64,000 nt of DNA from an uncultured Nitrososphaerota archaeon (GCA_963799845.1 CAWCYI010000004.1:1024001-1088000), one strand, 5' to 3'. Numbered from the stretch's first letter, positions 30,348 through 39,920 are shown. The notes: generated by a model from the sequence alone, not told the origin. Numbers and translations are program-made.

Positions 30348-31849
30348 TTTTTCGCAATTCCTCCCATCATCAGACCAATTTCCTCCAGCTTGGCTGACGC
30401 GGCTGGTACGATTCCCATGATCTTTCCCTCGGAGATGCACGCTATTCTATTGCTCAGTGACATGACTTCACTCAAGTCACTCGATATCAAGAGTATTCCG
30501 ACGCCGAGGGCCTTCTGCTCTTCGATTTTTTCGTGAATGAACTCCGTAGATCCAACATCTAAGCCAGACGTGGGTTGTGCCGCGATCAGTACTCTTGGAT
30601 GTCTTGAAAGAATTTTCGCTAATATCAGCTTCTGCATATTGCCACCCGACAGAGTTCTGGCAGGGGCGTCGACGCCTCCACATGTTATGGAAAATTCTTT
30701 GACTAGACTTTTGGCGTTCTCGTTGATATGATCATTGTCCAACACGTATCTTTTCTCAAATCGCCCATCTGTCCTTTGTTCAAGAATCAGGTTCTCGGCT
30801 ATGGACATGTCAAGAACCAGACCGGCACCAATTCTATCTTCAGGTATGTGGCCTACGCCGTGTTCAATTATTTCATTAGGTGAACGATTAGTAAGATCCA
30901 GCCCTTGAACTATAACCCGGCCGTTGGAAACCTTTCTCATCCCGCTCAGAACCTCGGCAAGCTCTGTTTGCCCATTCCCAGCTACACCAGCTATTCCGAG
31001 GATTTCGCCTTCACGAAGCTGAAAGGATACATCATTGAGTGCTAGCGCTCCCTTGTCATTCCTTGCGGAAACCTGTCTGACTTCTAGGGCGACCTTTACC
31101 AAAGGCTCCCCTCCGAGTCCCGCTTCCTTGTGCGAGATCGCTCTTCCGACCATCTTTTCGGCCAGCTCGTCTGGGTTGGTTTTCTTGGTCTCGAGCCTTG
31201 CGACTACCTCGCCACGCCGCAGAACGGTTACTCTGTCGCTGACGTCCATCACTTCGAGTAACTTGTGCGTGATTACTACCACGGCCCTTCCACCCTTAGC
31301 CATTGAGCGAATAAATTGGAAAAGACCTCCGGCCTCCTGCGGAGTTAGGACAGAAGTCGGCTCGTCGAGTATGAGCAATTCTGGCTCGCGATATAGAGCC
31401 TTAATTATTTCTACCCTTTGTCTCTCTCCGACGGAGAGCTGCTCTACCTTCGAGTCAGGATTTACAAGAAGGCCGTACTCTTTCGCGAGCTCATTTATCC
31501 TCTTGACAACATCGTCGAGATTAAGGTAAGGCTCTCTCTTAGCCTTGAGACCCAGTCCAACATTTTCAGCAACTGTTAGCGTCTGGACAAGTTCGAAGTA
31601 CTGGTGAACCATCGCAATCTTTAGAGCAATCGCGTCTTTGGGCGACCTTATATTGACTGGCTCTCCGTGCACGAGAATTTCGCCTGAGTCTGCTTTGTAC
31701 AGACCGTAAAGTATGTTCATCAGTGTCGTCTTGCCCGCTCCGTTCTCGCCTAGCAGAGCGTGGACCTCGCCCTGATAGATCGTGAAGTCGATGGAATTAT
31801 TGGCCACGACCCCCGAGAACCTCTTTGTAATCCCCTTCATCTCAATCAT
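30344..31849 (-). CDS. CUT2-family ABC importer ATPase (nucleoside type)
   Basis: GENGAGKTT, LSVGERQRVEI, GVAGNGQ, LSGGNMQK, AQPT. Confidence 0.95.
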   Translation of the reverse strand: MIEMKGITKRFSGVVANNSIDFTIYQGEVHALLGENGAGKTTLMNILYGLYKADSGEILVHGEPVNIRSPKDAIALKIAMVHQYFELVQTLTVAENVGLGLKAKREPYLNLDDVVKRINELAKEYGLLVNPDSKVEQLSVGERQRVEIIKALYREPELLILDEPTSVLTPQEAGGLFQFIRSMAKGGRAVVVITHKLLEVMDVSDRVTVLRRGEVVARLETKKTNPDELAEKMVGRAISHKEAGLGGEPLVKVALEVRQVSARNDKGALALNDVSFQLREGEILGIAGVAGNGQTELAEVLSGMRKVSNGRVIVQGLDLTNRSPNEIIEHGVGHIPEDRIGAGLVLDMSIAENLILEQRTDGRFEKRYVLDNDHINENAKSLVKEFSITCGGVDAPARTLSGGNMQKLILAKILSRHPRVLIAAQPTSGLDVGSTEFIHEKIEEQKALGVGILLISSDLSEVMSLSNRIACISEGKIMGIVPAASAKLEEIGLMMGGIAKK

Positions 31850-31914
31850 GGGAAGAAGTGATGGAGGTCGTGACGAGGAAACATCGCTCAGTTGCAGATC
31901 AATCCTTTCGAATC

Positions 31915-31943
31915 AAAAAGAGGGGAGGCGGGGACCCTGCCCG
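31915..31943 (-). terminator. Possible hairpin plus T-tract after the BMP gene
   Basis: Minus strand CGGGCAGGGTCCCCGCCTCCCCTCTTTTT directly after the stop. Confidence 0.35.
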
Positions 31944-31952
31944 ACTACCTGA

Positions 31953-33107
31953 CTAAGGGGTAGTCGGAGGGCTCGCAGTATTGTTGAATGGGACTTGGAT
32001 TGTGCCGTCGGCGATCCCTGCGGCGGTCTCATTAAGCAGTGTCTTCACGGATGCTGGGATTATACTGTCGTAGGAATGGAAGGGCCCGAGAGAACCAAGA
32101 TTCAAGTTTTCTACTTGGCCTCCGATCTGGCTCCATGTGCCATTCAAGATGTGCTGGATCACTGGCTGTATGAATGCGGTCATGTTAAGGAGGACGCTTG
32201 TCATCATGTCGGTTGGGGATAGATCAATTTGGTCCAAGACAGTACCTATGAGAGTAGTGTTACTAATCGTAGCTGCAGAGATTACTCCCAGTCCAGTCGT
32301 GTCAGCAATTGGGACGAGGATGTCGACATGATCCGCTGTAATCATCGTCTGTGCATCTTCGTATCCGATGGTTGGGTCACTCCACGTTCCTGGAACGGTG
32401 AGGTAAACCTGGGCCGAAGGATTCGAGCTGTGCACGCCAGCCTGATACGCATAGAACTCGTACGAGAGCGCTGCGAACCACTGACCGATTATGACTCCGG
32501 TGGCGTTGGTCTTCGTCATTTTCCCAGATAGAACGCCTGCCAAATAGTAGCCCGTCGCTTGGTTTTGGGCGCCTAATGCTACCACGTTCTTGGTGAGGTT
32601 GTCTCCGTCATATGTTGGAGTCATGATGAAGTCAACATTGGGGAATTTTGCGGCGATTGCTTCAGTTGTTCCGATGAATTGATTTCCGTCGGTCCATATC
32701 ACGTTGTAGCCTTGCTGTGCGTACGATGTCATTACTGCCCCCTGATCAGAATAGGCGACATCTTGCGAGATTGAGACCGTCCAACCATAGGTGGCACCGA
32801 TCCATTGCGCTACTTGAACGCCTTGATCGTTCAAACCATCATCTGTTGTGTCTCCACCGACAAGAAGCGCTAGCTTGTACTGTTGAGTTGGCGAGCTGCT
32901 ACTTGTCGTCGAGCTGGTTGTGCTAGTGACGGTTGAGACGGCCGTTGAAGTGGCAGTAGTCGTGGCGGTAGTGGTCGCAGTGGTTGTGAGAGTCTTCGAA
33001 AGCGAGGGAATAGCGATCACTATCCCAATTGAAGCCACCAATATGATTACTATAACGATTATAACCGCAGCCATCGTTGAGAGTGCTTTCTTATTTTCGA
33101 ATTTCAT
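31953..33107 (-). CDS. BMP-family ABC substrate-binding protein, membrane anchored with Thr/Ser linker
   Basis: N-terminal TM, poly-T/S linker, YYLAGVLSGKMTKT, GTWSDP; ATG 33107 fits the boxed promoter. Confidence 0.85.
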   Translation of the reverse strand: MKFENKKALSTMAAVIIVIVIILVASIGIVIAIPSLSKTLTTTATTTATTTATSTAVSTVTSTTSSTTSSSSPTQQYKLALLVGGDTTDDGLNDQGVQVAQWIGATYGWTVSISQDVAYSDQGAVMTSYAQQGYNVIWTDGNQFIGTTEAIAAKFPNVDFIMTPTYDGDNLTKNVVALGAQNQATGYYLAGVLSGKMTKTNATGVIIGQWFAALSYEFYAYQAGVHSSNPSAQVYLTVPGTWSDPTIGYEDAQTMITADHVDILVPIADTTGLGVISAATISNTTLIGTVLDQIDLSPTDMMTSVLLNMTAFIQPVIQHILNGTWSQIGGQVENLNLGSLGPFHSYDSIIPASVKTLLNETAAGIADGTIQVPFNNTASPPTTP

Positions 33108-33155
33108 AAAAATTCGCTGAGTATTGAATACGCTCCCGATTTTAATAAGGGAGAA

Positions 33156-33181
33156 CACGATTCTCAATCCTGAGAATGTGA
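33156..33181 (-). promoter_or_regulatory. Island box, copy 10 (internal promoter for BMP gene)
   Basis: + strand CACGATTCTCA-ATCC-TGAGAATGTGA; TTATTAAA ~7 nt further on the minus strand. Confidence 0.8.
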
Positions 33182-33213
33182 TCAAGAAGGCAAGCTCTGA
33201 CCAGAGGCTTCAT

Positions 33214-34158
33214 CTACTTCCGCTTGTATGGAACGGTAAGGGACGATGGTGACTTGGTTCCCCTATGAAAGAGTAGTATGAAGATAATGGCGAAGATGTA
33301 TGGTATCGCCAGTAGGAAGTAACCCGACGCCGTTCCAAGGCCAGAGAATATGCCGGAGCCTATGAATATCGCGGCTATCGAATATCCGAGTCCAAACAGC
33401 CAAGCTCCGGCGATCGCTTTGTAAGGACTCCATCTCGCGAAAATCACGACGACGATAGCAATCCACCCCCTCCCGGCTACGAGAGTATCTCCCGTCGCGT
33501 AAAGGCCAAGGTAGCCAAGCACAAGGGATGCTCCTGCAAGGCCAGCGAGAGTAGCACCCAGGATTACACACAGGTTCCTCACCAGATTGACGTTGATTCC
33601 GGCCGAATCAGCGGCTTCGGGATTCTCTCCTACCGCCCTGATTTTGAGGCCCCAAGTGGTCCTATAAAGAACAAGACCCAAAAGTATTGCCAAGGCGAGT
33701 GAAGCGTAGACCAAGATGTTCTGGCTGAACAAAATGGGGCCCACCACCGGCAGATTACTTAGGATGGGGATTTGCACCGGTGATATAGGGCGTACATGCA
33801 AGTACGAAGTCTTCGTCACTATTATGTAACCGAAATCACCCAAGGAGAGTGCTAGGAAGTATATCATGAGTCCTGCGATCAGCTGGTTGATTCCTATCCT
33901 GATAGTTGCGAATGAGTGCAGCACACCCATGGCAGACCCTACAGCCATCGCGGCGAGAAGTCCGTACAGGTAGGAGCCTGTCGAGAAGGTAACCCACAGC
34001 GAGATGAACGCTGATAGACTCATCACTCCCTCGATGCCCATGTTAAGCACACCGGACCTCTCTGCGTAGACTTCGCCGATCGAGGCGTAAAGAATGGGCA
34101 TAGTCAGCGGCAGGCTCGCTGCCAAGATTGATATGGCAAGATCTCCGTAAGAAACCAT
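33214..34158 (-). CDS. Nucleoside-type ABC permease II
   Basis: ERSGVLNMGIEG, RAVGENPEAA, AGRGWIA. Confidence 0.92.
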   Translation of the reverse strand: MVSYGDLAISILAASLPLTMPILYASIGEVYAERSGVLNMGIEGVMSLSAFISLWVTFSTGSYLYGLLAAMAVGSAMGVLHSFATIRIGINQLIAGLMIYFLALSLGDFGYIIVTKTSYLHVRPISPVQIPILSNLPVVGPILFSQNILVYASLALAILLGLVLYRTTWGLKIRAVGENPEAADSAGINVNLVRNLCVILGATLAGLAGASLVLGYLGLYATGDTLVAGRGWIAIVVVIFARWSPYKAIAGAWLFGLGYSIAAIFIGSGIFSGLGTASGYFLLAIPYIFAIIFILLFHRGTKSPSSLTVPYKRK

Positions 34159-34166
34159 CCCATTCT

Positions 34167-35198
34167 TTACCCCTTGTTCGTCCTGTCGCCGATCCACTTC
34201 TGAACGATTAGGACAGACAGCACTATAATCGCCTGCAGAGCGTAGATCAATTCGATTGGTATAGCCGCGGCGCTGCGCTGCAGGCTCTCGCCACCAATTG
34301 TCAGCGCGGCATACAATACGGAGGCGATGACGATGCCCAACGGATGGAACGCACCCAGTGCAGCCACGGCGATTCCCTGATAGCCGTACCCGGGCGAGAA
34401 GTTCTGCGCGAGCACGTGGTCAACGCCTGCTACGACTACGATCCCTGCTAGTCCCGCGAGCGCCCCACTCATTAGGCCCACCGCGACTATGCTCCTTGAG
34501 ACATTGATGCCACCGCTCTGTGCCGCTCGTGGGTTCGCCCCAGACGCCCTGATTTCATATCCTAGAACCGTCTTGTAGAGAACAAAGTACACTGCGAAGG
34601 CTGCAATCCCGGCGATTATGGCACCTATGTTGAATTCCGTGCTCTGGACAAAGACAGGGAGCCAAGTCGACTGCGGCAAGGCTGGAGTCTGAAGGTTACC
34701 CGACAGCGGATCCTTAAGAGGTCCCGCCGTGAGCCAGTTCACTAGGTCCAAGGCAATAAAATTCATGACGAGCGTCGGAAAAATTTCGTTTACTTGGAGC
34801 TTGACTCTCATGAAGAGTGGCAGCGCTAGCCAGAGTGTTCCTCCAGCCGCAGCTGCCAAAAGCATCAGTGGAATTGCAATCACGCTGGGAAGATTGCCGA
34901 GCTGGGCAGCCGCCACATAGCCGAACAATGCACCAATGTAGAGCTGACCCTCTACCCCGATGTTGTAGAATCTAGCCCTGAACGCCACAAGGAATGCAAG
35001 AGCAGCGAGCAGAAGGGGTGCCGTGAGAAAGAATGTCTCGGAGGTGAGAAAGGTTGTACCAAATGACCCTGTTACGAGACCCTCCATGCTCGTGATAGGA
35101 TTGTATCCGAAAGCCAAGAGAATGAGAGAGAAAATTACCAGCGACGCAACAATCCCGAGCAAGTATGAGACGTAATTTCCCAGGGATAGTTGCGTCAT
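34167..35198 (-). CDS. Nucleoside-type ABC permease I
   Basis: NIGVEGQ, GYEIRASGANPRAA, GYGYQGIAVA. Confidence 0.92.
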   Translation of the reverse strand: MTQLSLGNYVSYLLGIVASLVIFSLILLAFGYNPITSMEGLVTGSFGTTFLTSETFFLTAPLLLAALAFLVAFRARFYNIGVEGQLYIGALFGYVAAAQLGNLPSVIAIPLMLLAAAAGGTLWLALPLFMRVKLQVNEIFPTLVMNFIALDLVNWLTAGPLKDPLSGNLQTPALPQSTWLPVFVQSTEFNIGAIIAGIAAFAVYFVLYKTVLGYEIRASGANPRAAQSGGINVSRSIVAVGLMSGALAGLAGIVVVAGVDHVLAQNFSPGYGYQGIAVAALGAFHPLGIVIASVLYAALTIGGESLQRSAAAIPIELIYALQAIIVLSVLIVQKWIGDRTNKG

Positions 35199-35222
35199 AA
35201 TACACCCCACACAGGCATCCGA

Positions 35223-36488
35223 TTAGGCGTACTCGGCCGCAAAAGTTGTGAGGGCTTTTTTGAATGCCTCCATCGGCGCCTCAGCGATCCCGGTACCTAT
35301 TATCCCATGGCCGCCGTCCTTGTGAGCAATTCCAGTATCAACTCTTGGCGGGGAATTGAGCTCTACTACTTTGCGAATGTCAATCCCGACTGGGACGCCG
35401 ACAAAATCCATGTAGGGAATTCTGAATAGTGGGTCTTCGGCAAGAGAGACTTTTTGCATCGCTCGTGTGTGTTGGACTGCCTCGTCAAGCCCACCTCCGA
35501 AAAGTCTCGCTTGGGAGGGAGATGCGGGTAACGCGGTTCCTCCGAACCCTCTGGATTCCGAGATCGCGCTATCGCCTATATCTGGAGCTGCGTCAGCTGC
35601 CGTGAAACCGGGGAATAGAAAACCTTTGATCTCTCCGGCCGGACCGGTAAACCATTCGTCACCGAGGGCGCTTACCTTGATCCCGAAATCAACACCATTT
35701 CTTGCCATCGCGGTCACAACCGTACTGTACTTTATCCCTTTGGCCGAGTCCATCATCACCTTGCAAGCGCCCATCATCAAGTTGCCGCAGTACCAGCGAC
35801 CACCATTTCCCATGAAGTAGTCGCCGACCTCTCCCAAAGTCTCCTTGGGAAAGCCAGTCCTAACAATGTGGGGAAGAATCCAGTTCATGAGAACGCCACG
35901 ACAGGCTTCGAAAGAACCGTGTAATTCGTCGCCCATGGTAAGCCCCTTGGAAAGCAATTCTTTGATATTGAATCCACCTGCGTGCTTGATGGTCGCCGCG
36001 AGAACAGGAGCCATCGTCTCCTTGACAAACTCAACTTCCTTGATTGCCCGCTCATATTTGTCGGCAAACGATGTTAGATCTGTCTGCATCCAGTCGGTTG
36101 CAGTGTTACCGTGCACCTTGTCTTTGAGAACCAGAACCGGACTCGATGCTGATGTCACGCCGCACATACCGCTTACATTTCCGTAATTGTGATTGGGTTC
36201 AATTCTGACCTCGCCCGTCCTAGCGAGCTTCTCCGCACGTCGCGCAGTATCGGCGAGGCCTTCCGCCCTAATTGCGTTGATAATAGCGATCTTTTGAACT
36301 TTGATCATTCTGTCCCATTCGATTGGCGGCCCGGCGTGTGTAATCAGGTCGCTCTTGTATCCTGATATTGCTTTAATCGCTGGTTTCAGGTCAACCAAAA
36401 CCGCTTCAGATTCAAGTATTCTGGCAACAGCTTTTCCGTTAGCTTCATCGATCTGGTCTTTCAGCTCACTACTCAAATTAGCTAGCAC
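35223..36488 (-). CDS. DUF1116 protein (YlbE/AllG/YahG-like)
   Basis: HAGPPI, MGDELH, MARNGVDFGI, PDIGDSAISE, DTGIAHK. Confidence 0.92.
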   Translation of the reverse strand: MLANLSSELKDQIDEANGKAVARILESEAVLVDLKPAIKAISGYKSDLITHAGPPIEWDRMIKVQKIAIINAIRAEGLADTARRAEKLARTGEVRIEPNHNYGNVSGMCGVTSASSPVLVLKDKVHGNTATDWMQTDLTSFADKYERAIKEVEFVKETMAPVLAATIKHAGGFNIKELLSKGLTMGDELHGSFEACRGVLMNWILPHIVRTGFPKETLGEVGDYFMGNGGRWYCGNLMMGACKVMMDSAKGIKYSTVVTAMARNGVDFGIKVSALGDEWFTGPAGEIKGFLFPGFTAADAAPDIGDSAISESRGFGGTALPASPSQARLFGGGLDEAVQHTRAMQKVSLAEDPLFRIPYMDFVGVPVGIDIRKVVELNSPPRVDTGIAHKDGGHGIIGTGIAEAPMEAFKKALTTFAAEYA

Positions 36489-36555
36489 TTCTATTTTTCA
36501 GCAACATTCTTAGAATAGGCTCTAGTTTTCGACGTGTAGACAATTTAAGTACGGG

Positions 36556-36581
36556 GACGATCTTCAGATCTGAGAACGTCA
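36556..36581 (-). promoter_or_regulatory. Island box, copy 11 (DUF1116 operon)
   Basis: + strand GACGATCTTCA-GATC-TGAGAACGTCA; TTAAAT 7 nt further on the minus strand. Confidence 0.8.
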
Positions 36582-36611
36582 AACAAGCCGCTCAAGCTAG
36601 AAGACTATTGT

Positions 36612-36637
36612 GTTGATTCTCAAGTATGAGAATCGTC
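36612..36637 (+). promoter_or_regulatory. Island box, copy 12 (carbamate kinase)
   Basis: GTTGATTCTCA-AGTA-TGAGAATCGTC, then 8 nt, then TTATAT. Confidence 0.85.
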
Positions 36638-36726
36638 ATGTCGGATTATATGTTGCAATGAACAAAAATCCTCTCTCTGGGATTTGGTATCCGGCCTTTT
36701 AGATTTTAGATGTTCCATGGCAAGTC

Positions 36727-37734
36727 GTGAATGACAAAATTTCCTTGAATGAAGAGGAGAGGGATAAGATATTGGGAAGATATGCGAATGCCAAGAAGAA
36801 AATTTTAGTCGCCCTGGGCGGAAACGCCCTCATAACGCATGGAGAATCAGGCATAATTGAACAAGAGGAAAATGCCAAGGCTGCTGTCAAGCATCTGGTT
36901 AAACTTCTTGAAGAGGGTAATAAATTGGTGATAACCCATGGTAACGGACCTCAAGTTGGAGACATCCTCCTAAGGAATGAAATTGCGAAGGATACAGTTC
37001 CGGCCATGCCACTCGACGTATGTGGTGCCGAAAGCCAAGGGATGATCGGTTACGTACTCCAGCAATCTCTCTACAATGAATTAAGAAGGAAGGGCAAGAA
37101 TACTCCGGTCGCTACGATTCTCACGCAATCAATAGTCGACAAGGCTGATCCGGCGTTCAAGAAGCCCACAAAACCAATTGGTCCATTTTATACGAAAATC
37201 GAATCTTCAAAGCTGTCACGAAAAAAGGGATGGAAAATGATCAACGACAGTGGTCGGGGTTATCGACGCGTCGTACCTTCCCCGCGCCCGATTGCGATTC
37301 CGGAGTTTCCGATAATTAAGGAATTGTTTGATCGTAACTACATCATAATTCAATCTGGAGGCGGAGGCATTCCAGTTGTGCGTAAGCAGAATGGGACGCT
37401 GATTGGCGTGGAGGCTGTTGTCGACAAAGATCTTTGCGCGTCCTTGCTTGCTTCTCTTCTCAAGACTGATGTATTGTTAATCCTGACCGACGTTGACAAA
37501 GTTAGGCTGAACTACGGCAGACCGGACCAAAGATCTCTTGACAGAATGACAGCGGACGAATGCAAGAAATATCTTGCGGAGGGGCAATTCCCTGCAGGAA
37601 GCATGGGCCCTAAAATAGAAGCAGCGATGAATTTTGTTAAATCTGGAAAAGAAAAGACTGCGATAATTACGTCGTTAGAGCTTGCTGAGACAGCATTGAA
37701 AGGCGAGACCGGCACGAGAATTGTAAATTCGTAA
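36727..37734 (+). CDS. arcC: Carbamate kinase
   Basis: ALGGNA, THGNGPQVG, PTKPIGPFY, RRVVPSP, GGGGIPV, GSMGPK. Confidence 0.97.
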   Translation: MNDKISLNEEERDKILGRYANAKKKILVALGGNALITHGESGIIEQEENAKAAVKHLVKLLEEGNKLVITHGNGPQVGDILLRNEIAKDTVPAMPLDVCGAESQGMIGYVLQQSLYNELRRKGKNTPVATILTQSIVDKADPAFKKPTKPIGPFYTKIESSKLSRKKGWKMINDSGRGYRRVVPSPRPIAIPEFPIIKELFDRNYIIIQSGGGGIPVVRKQNGTLIGVEAVVDKDLCASLLASLLKTDVLLILTDVDKVRLNYGRPDQRSLDRMTADECKKYLAEGQFPAGSMGPKIEAAMNFVKSGKEKTAIITSLELAETALKGETGTRIVNS

Positions 37735-37911
37735 GTGGGCTGTTCCAGTTCCCGATCTTCTTCTGATATCACGACTCTTGGGACAACATCGCCATCTTTG
37801 CACGGATTCCGCTGCCGTTGAATAGGCGGGTTTCTCTGTTCTGACAGATTGGTCGACGGCTAACCATGATAGTCTCTATATTGAAATTCACGTGAGTAGA
37901 AAGGCTCCTTT

Positions 37912-37937
37912 TACAATTCTCAATTTTGAAGATCGTG
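37912..37937 (+). promoter_or_regulatory. Island box, copy 13
   Basis: TACAATTCTCA-ATTT-TGAAGATCGTG; TATAT 9 nt further. Confidence 0.7.
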
Positions 37938-37991
37938 TACTGTATCTATATCGTTAAGCAAGATCTTATTTTACAGAGGTCATGAAACCCA

Positions 37992-38216
37992 ATGTCAACA
38001 GTAATGAAAGAGACAGTCGAGGAAGAGCGTCCGGTTTCGTTGTCACATGTGAGGCAGCAAATACTGACCTATGGTGACGAAATACACGCGTTTCTGGAAC
38101 ATGTTCACGCAGATGTAGAGAACTATAAGTTCACCGTGGAAAAACGTGCAGATGGCGTAGTAGTTGAGATCAACTTTAAGGCCTTGATCAAAACGAAGCC
38201 GGTTCTGAAGCCATAG
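37992..38216 (+). CDS. Small hypothetical protein
   Basis: 74-aa ATG ORF with protein-like composition behind a boxed promoter. Confidence 0.7.
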   Translation: MSTVMKETVEEERPVSLSHVRQQILTYGDEIHAFLEHVHADVENYKFTVEKRADGVVVEINFKALIKTKPVLKP

Positions 38217-38316
38217 GTCTAAGCCGAACTGACTTTACTTAATTGTCCTCGTTCTCAACGAGGACTTCACCTAATTGGCAGGAATTTGACCTGTAACGAA
38301 GGATGGTTGTGAACAA

Positions 38317-38667
38317 TTGAATCTGAGACAAACTCGGCGAAAATCGAATTCTAAGATTCAGCAATCAGATAGGGCTGTTATATCTTCTCCAACCTTCTTG
38401 AAATTAGATGATTCGATTCTGATGGGTATTGATCGAAGAACCGCCGGAGAGCTCGTGGCTGGGTATCTCTACTTCAAATCAACTCGCAGAACGGATGCCG
38501 ATTTCACTCGTTTTCTGTTGGCCAACAGATTAGATGTTGTCTTGCGGATAGTTGGGAATTCTCTCCCAGTGCTAATACCTGCGTTCTTCTCCGACAAGGA
38601 ATTAAGATCGTTAGTTGTAAACGTTTTCATGAGATCATTTTATAGTTTAGAGCCGAATCAGTACTGA
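38317..38667 (+). CDS. Hypothetical protein
   Basis: 116-aa ORF filling the gap; no motif recognised. Confidence 0.4.
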   Translation: MNLRQTRRKSNSKIQQSDRAVISSPTFLKLDDSILMGIDRRTAGELVAGYLYFKSTRRTDADFTRFLLANRLDVVLRIVGNSLPVLIPAFFSDKELRSLVVNVFMRSFYSLEPNQY

Positions 38668-38791
38668 AGGGAAAGCGGCCCGCAGGTTGCTTCATTTCTG
38701 GAAAGAATCACACTTCCGATCGTACGGGCCCCATTAGGAGGGTAGACGAAAAATTAGTGTAATAAGTCAAACCGGTATGAATTCTCACTCG

Positions 38792-38817
38792 GCTCAATTT
38801 CATTTTTGAGAATCGTC
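38792..38817 (+). promoter_or_regulatory. Island box, copy 14 (no substantial ORF downstream)
   Basis: GCTCAATTTCA-TTTT-TGAGAATCGTC, then 8 nt, then TTTAATA. Confidence 0.8.
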
Positions 38818-38854
38818 TACCCCACTTTAATATTGGCTGTGTGTACTTATTCAT

Positions 38855-39088
38855 TCGTCGTTCGGCCAGGTAAAGGTTGTATTTGGAGACAAGAAAAAGC
38901 ACTGGGTAAGGGCTTAGTGCATGGCGCCTATCTCTGACCGTCCGGGTGAGTATGTAGAAACGGGTTCACCCGAACTTCGGACACTCTCGGACGAGGGCAA
39001 ACCGAGACAGTGGGAATGAAGGAAATCTACGTAGCCGCTGTCAAAGGAAAGCCACATGCGTCCTGAAAGCCGAATGGCATTATTTTTT
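38855..39088 (+). ncRNA. Candidate structured non-coding RNA
   Basis: Boxed promoter upstream; stems at 38899-38920, 38940-38975, 38982-39012 and 39051-39078; T6 tract at 39083-39088. Confidence 0.45.
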
Positions 39089-39745
39089 CCAAGACCAAGC
39101 AAAAGGTTTCTGTTGTTCTGCGGTTTGACTAAGATAAACATCAGGAGTTGTTTCACGAATTGATCCGTGATCAACATCGAGAATGAATATCGTATGGACT
39201 TCGGCATAGGTAATTTGATCTATCGTTACTGCGGGATTTGAATAGTACATATCACAAACGAATTTAGCCATTTGAACTTCCGCAGTGTTTCTGAATCGAG
39301 GAGGCTGTTGGAAGATGCCTGGAACCGGCAGGATATTTGTGACAGTCGTCCCCAAAACGAATCTATTTGCAAACGGACTGTATCTTGCGGTCTTACTGAT
39401 TATTCTTGCATAACAGTATCTTGCAGGATCAAGCGCATGGGAAGGGGGAACAAAACCCGTCTCAATCTCGACTATCATGGTGCTCTCACCCTTCATGCCG
39501 TAGACATCGCAAACCAGATTATCCTTCAATTCGTGCTCGACTTTGACTTCGTAGCCTTCAGAAATCAGTTTGTCCGCGCACAACAGTTCAATTACAGAGT
39601 GATTGATCTTGACAAGGTTCTTCCTATAGAGATCGACGAGGTGCAGCCTCACAGAATCAAGTTTGGCCTTGACTTCTGGGGATCGTCCTATCGAAACTCT
39701 CCTGCACATCTCCACTAGATCATCATCAAATCTCTTTACATTCAA
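39080..39745 (-). CDS. Archaeal hypothetical protein with PD-(D/E)XK-like motif
   Basis: E...GYEVKVEH....VCDVYG......VEIETG spacing resembles the restriction-endonuclease fold. Confidence 0.65.
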   Translation of the reverse strand: MNVKRFDDDLVEMCRRVSIGRSPEVKAKLDSVRLHLVDLYRKNLVKINHSVIELLCADKLISEGYEVKVEHELKDNLVCDVYGMKGESTMIVEIETGFVPPSHALDPARYCYARIISKTARYSPFANRFVLGTTVTNILPVPGIFQQPPRFRNTAEVQMAKFVCDMYYSNPAVTIDQITYAEVHTIFILDVDHGSIRETTPDVYLSQTAEQQKPFAWSWKK

Positions 39746-39833
39746 CAGTTATTGTACACTGCAATCAAATCACTGACTATCATAGAATATAAAAGAAAAA
39801 GCATGGATCCTGTCAGAAATTCTTCCCGCTCTT

Positions 39834-39859
39834 GATGATTATCAAATCGGAGAATCGTA
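39834..39859 (+). promoter_or_regulatory. Island box, copy 15 (unit leading to mgtA)
   Basis: GATGATTATCA-AATC-GGAGAATCGTA, then a T-rich TTTTTAT ~8 nt further. Confidence 0.8.
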
Positions 39860-39920
39860 TAACCTCTTTTTTATCCTGCTTTGATATTACTTGTACGTTG
39901 AATAATGTGGGAACCTGGAA

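Noticed and set aside
32900-32995. GTG/GTA-rich repeat-like DNA
   Set aside because: It simply encodes the Thr/Ser linker of the BMP protein
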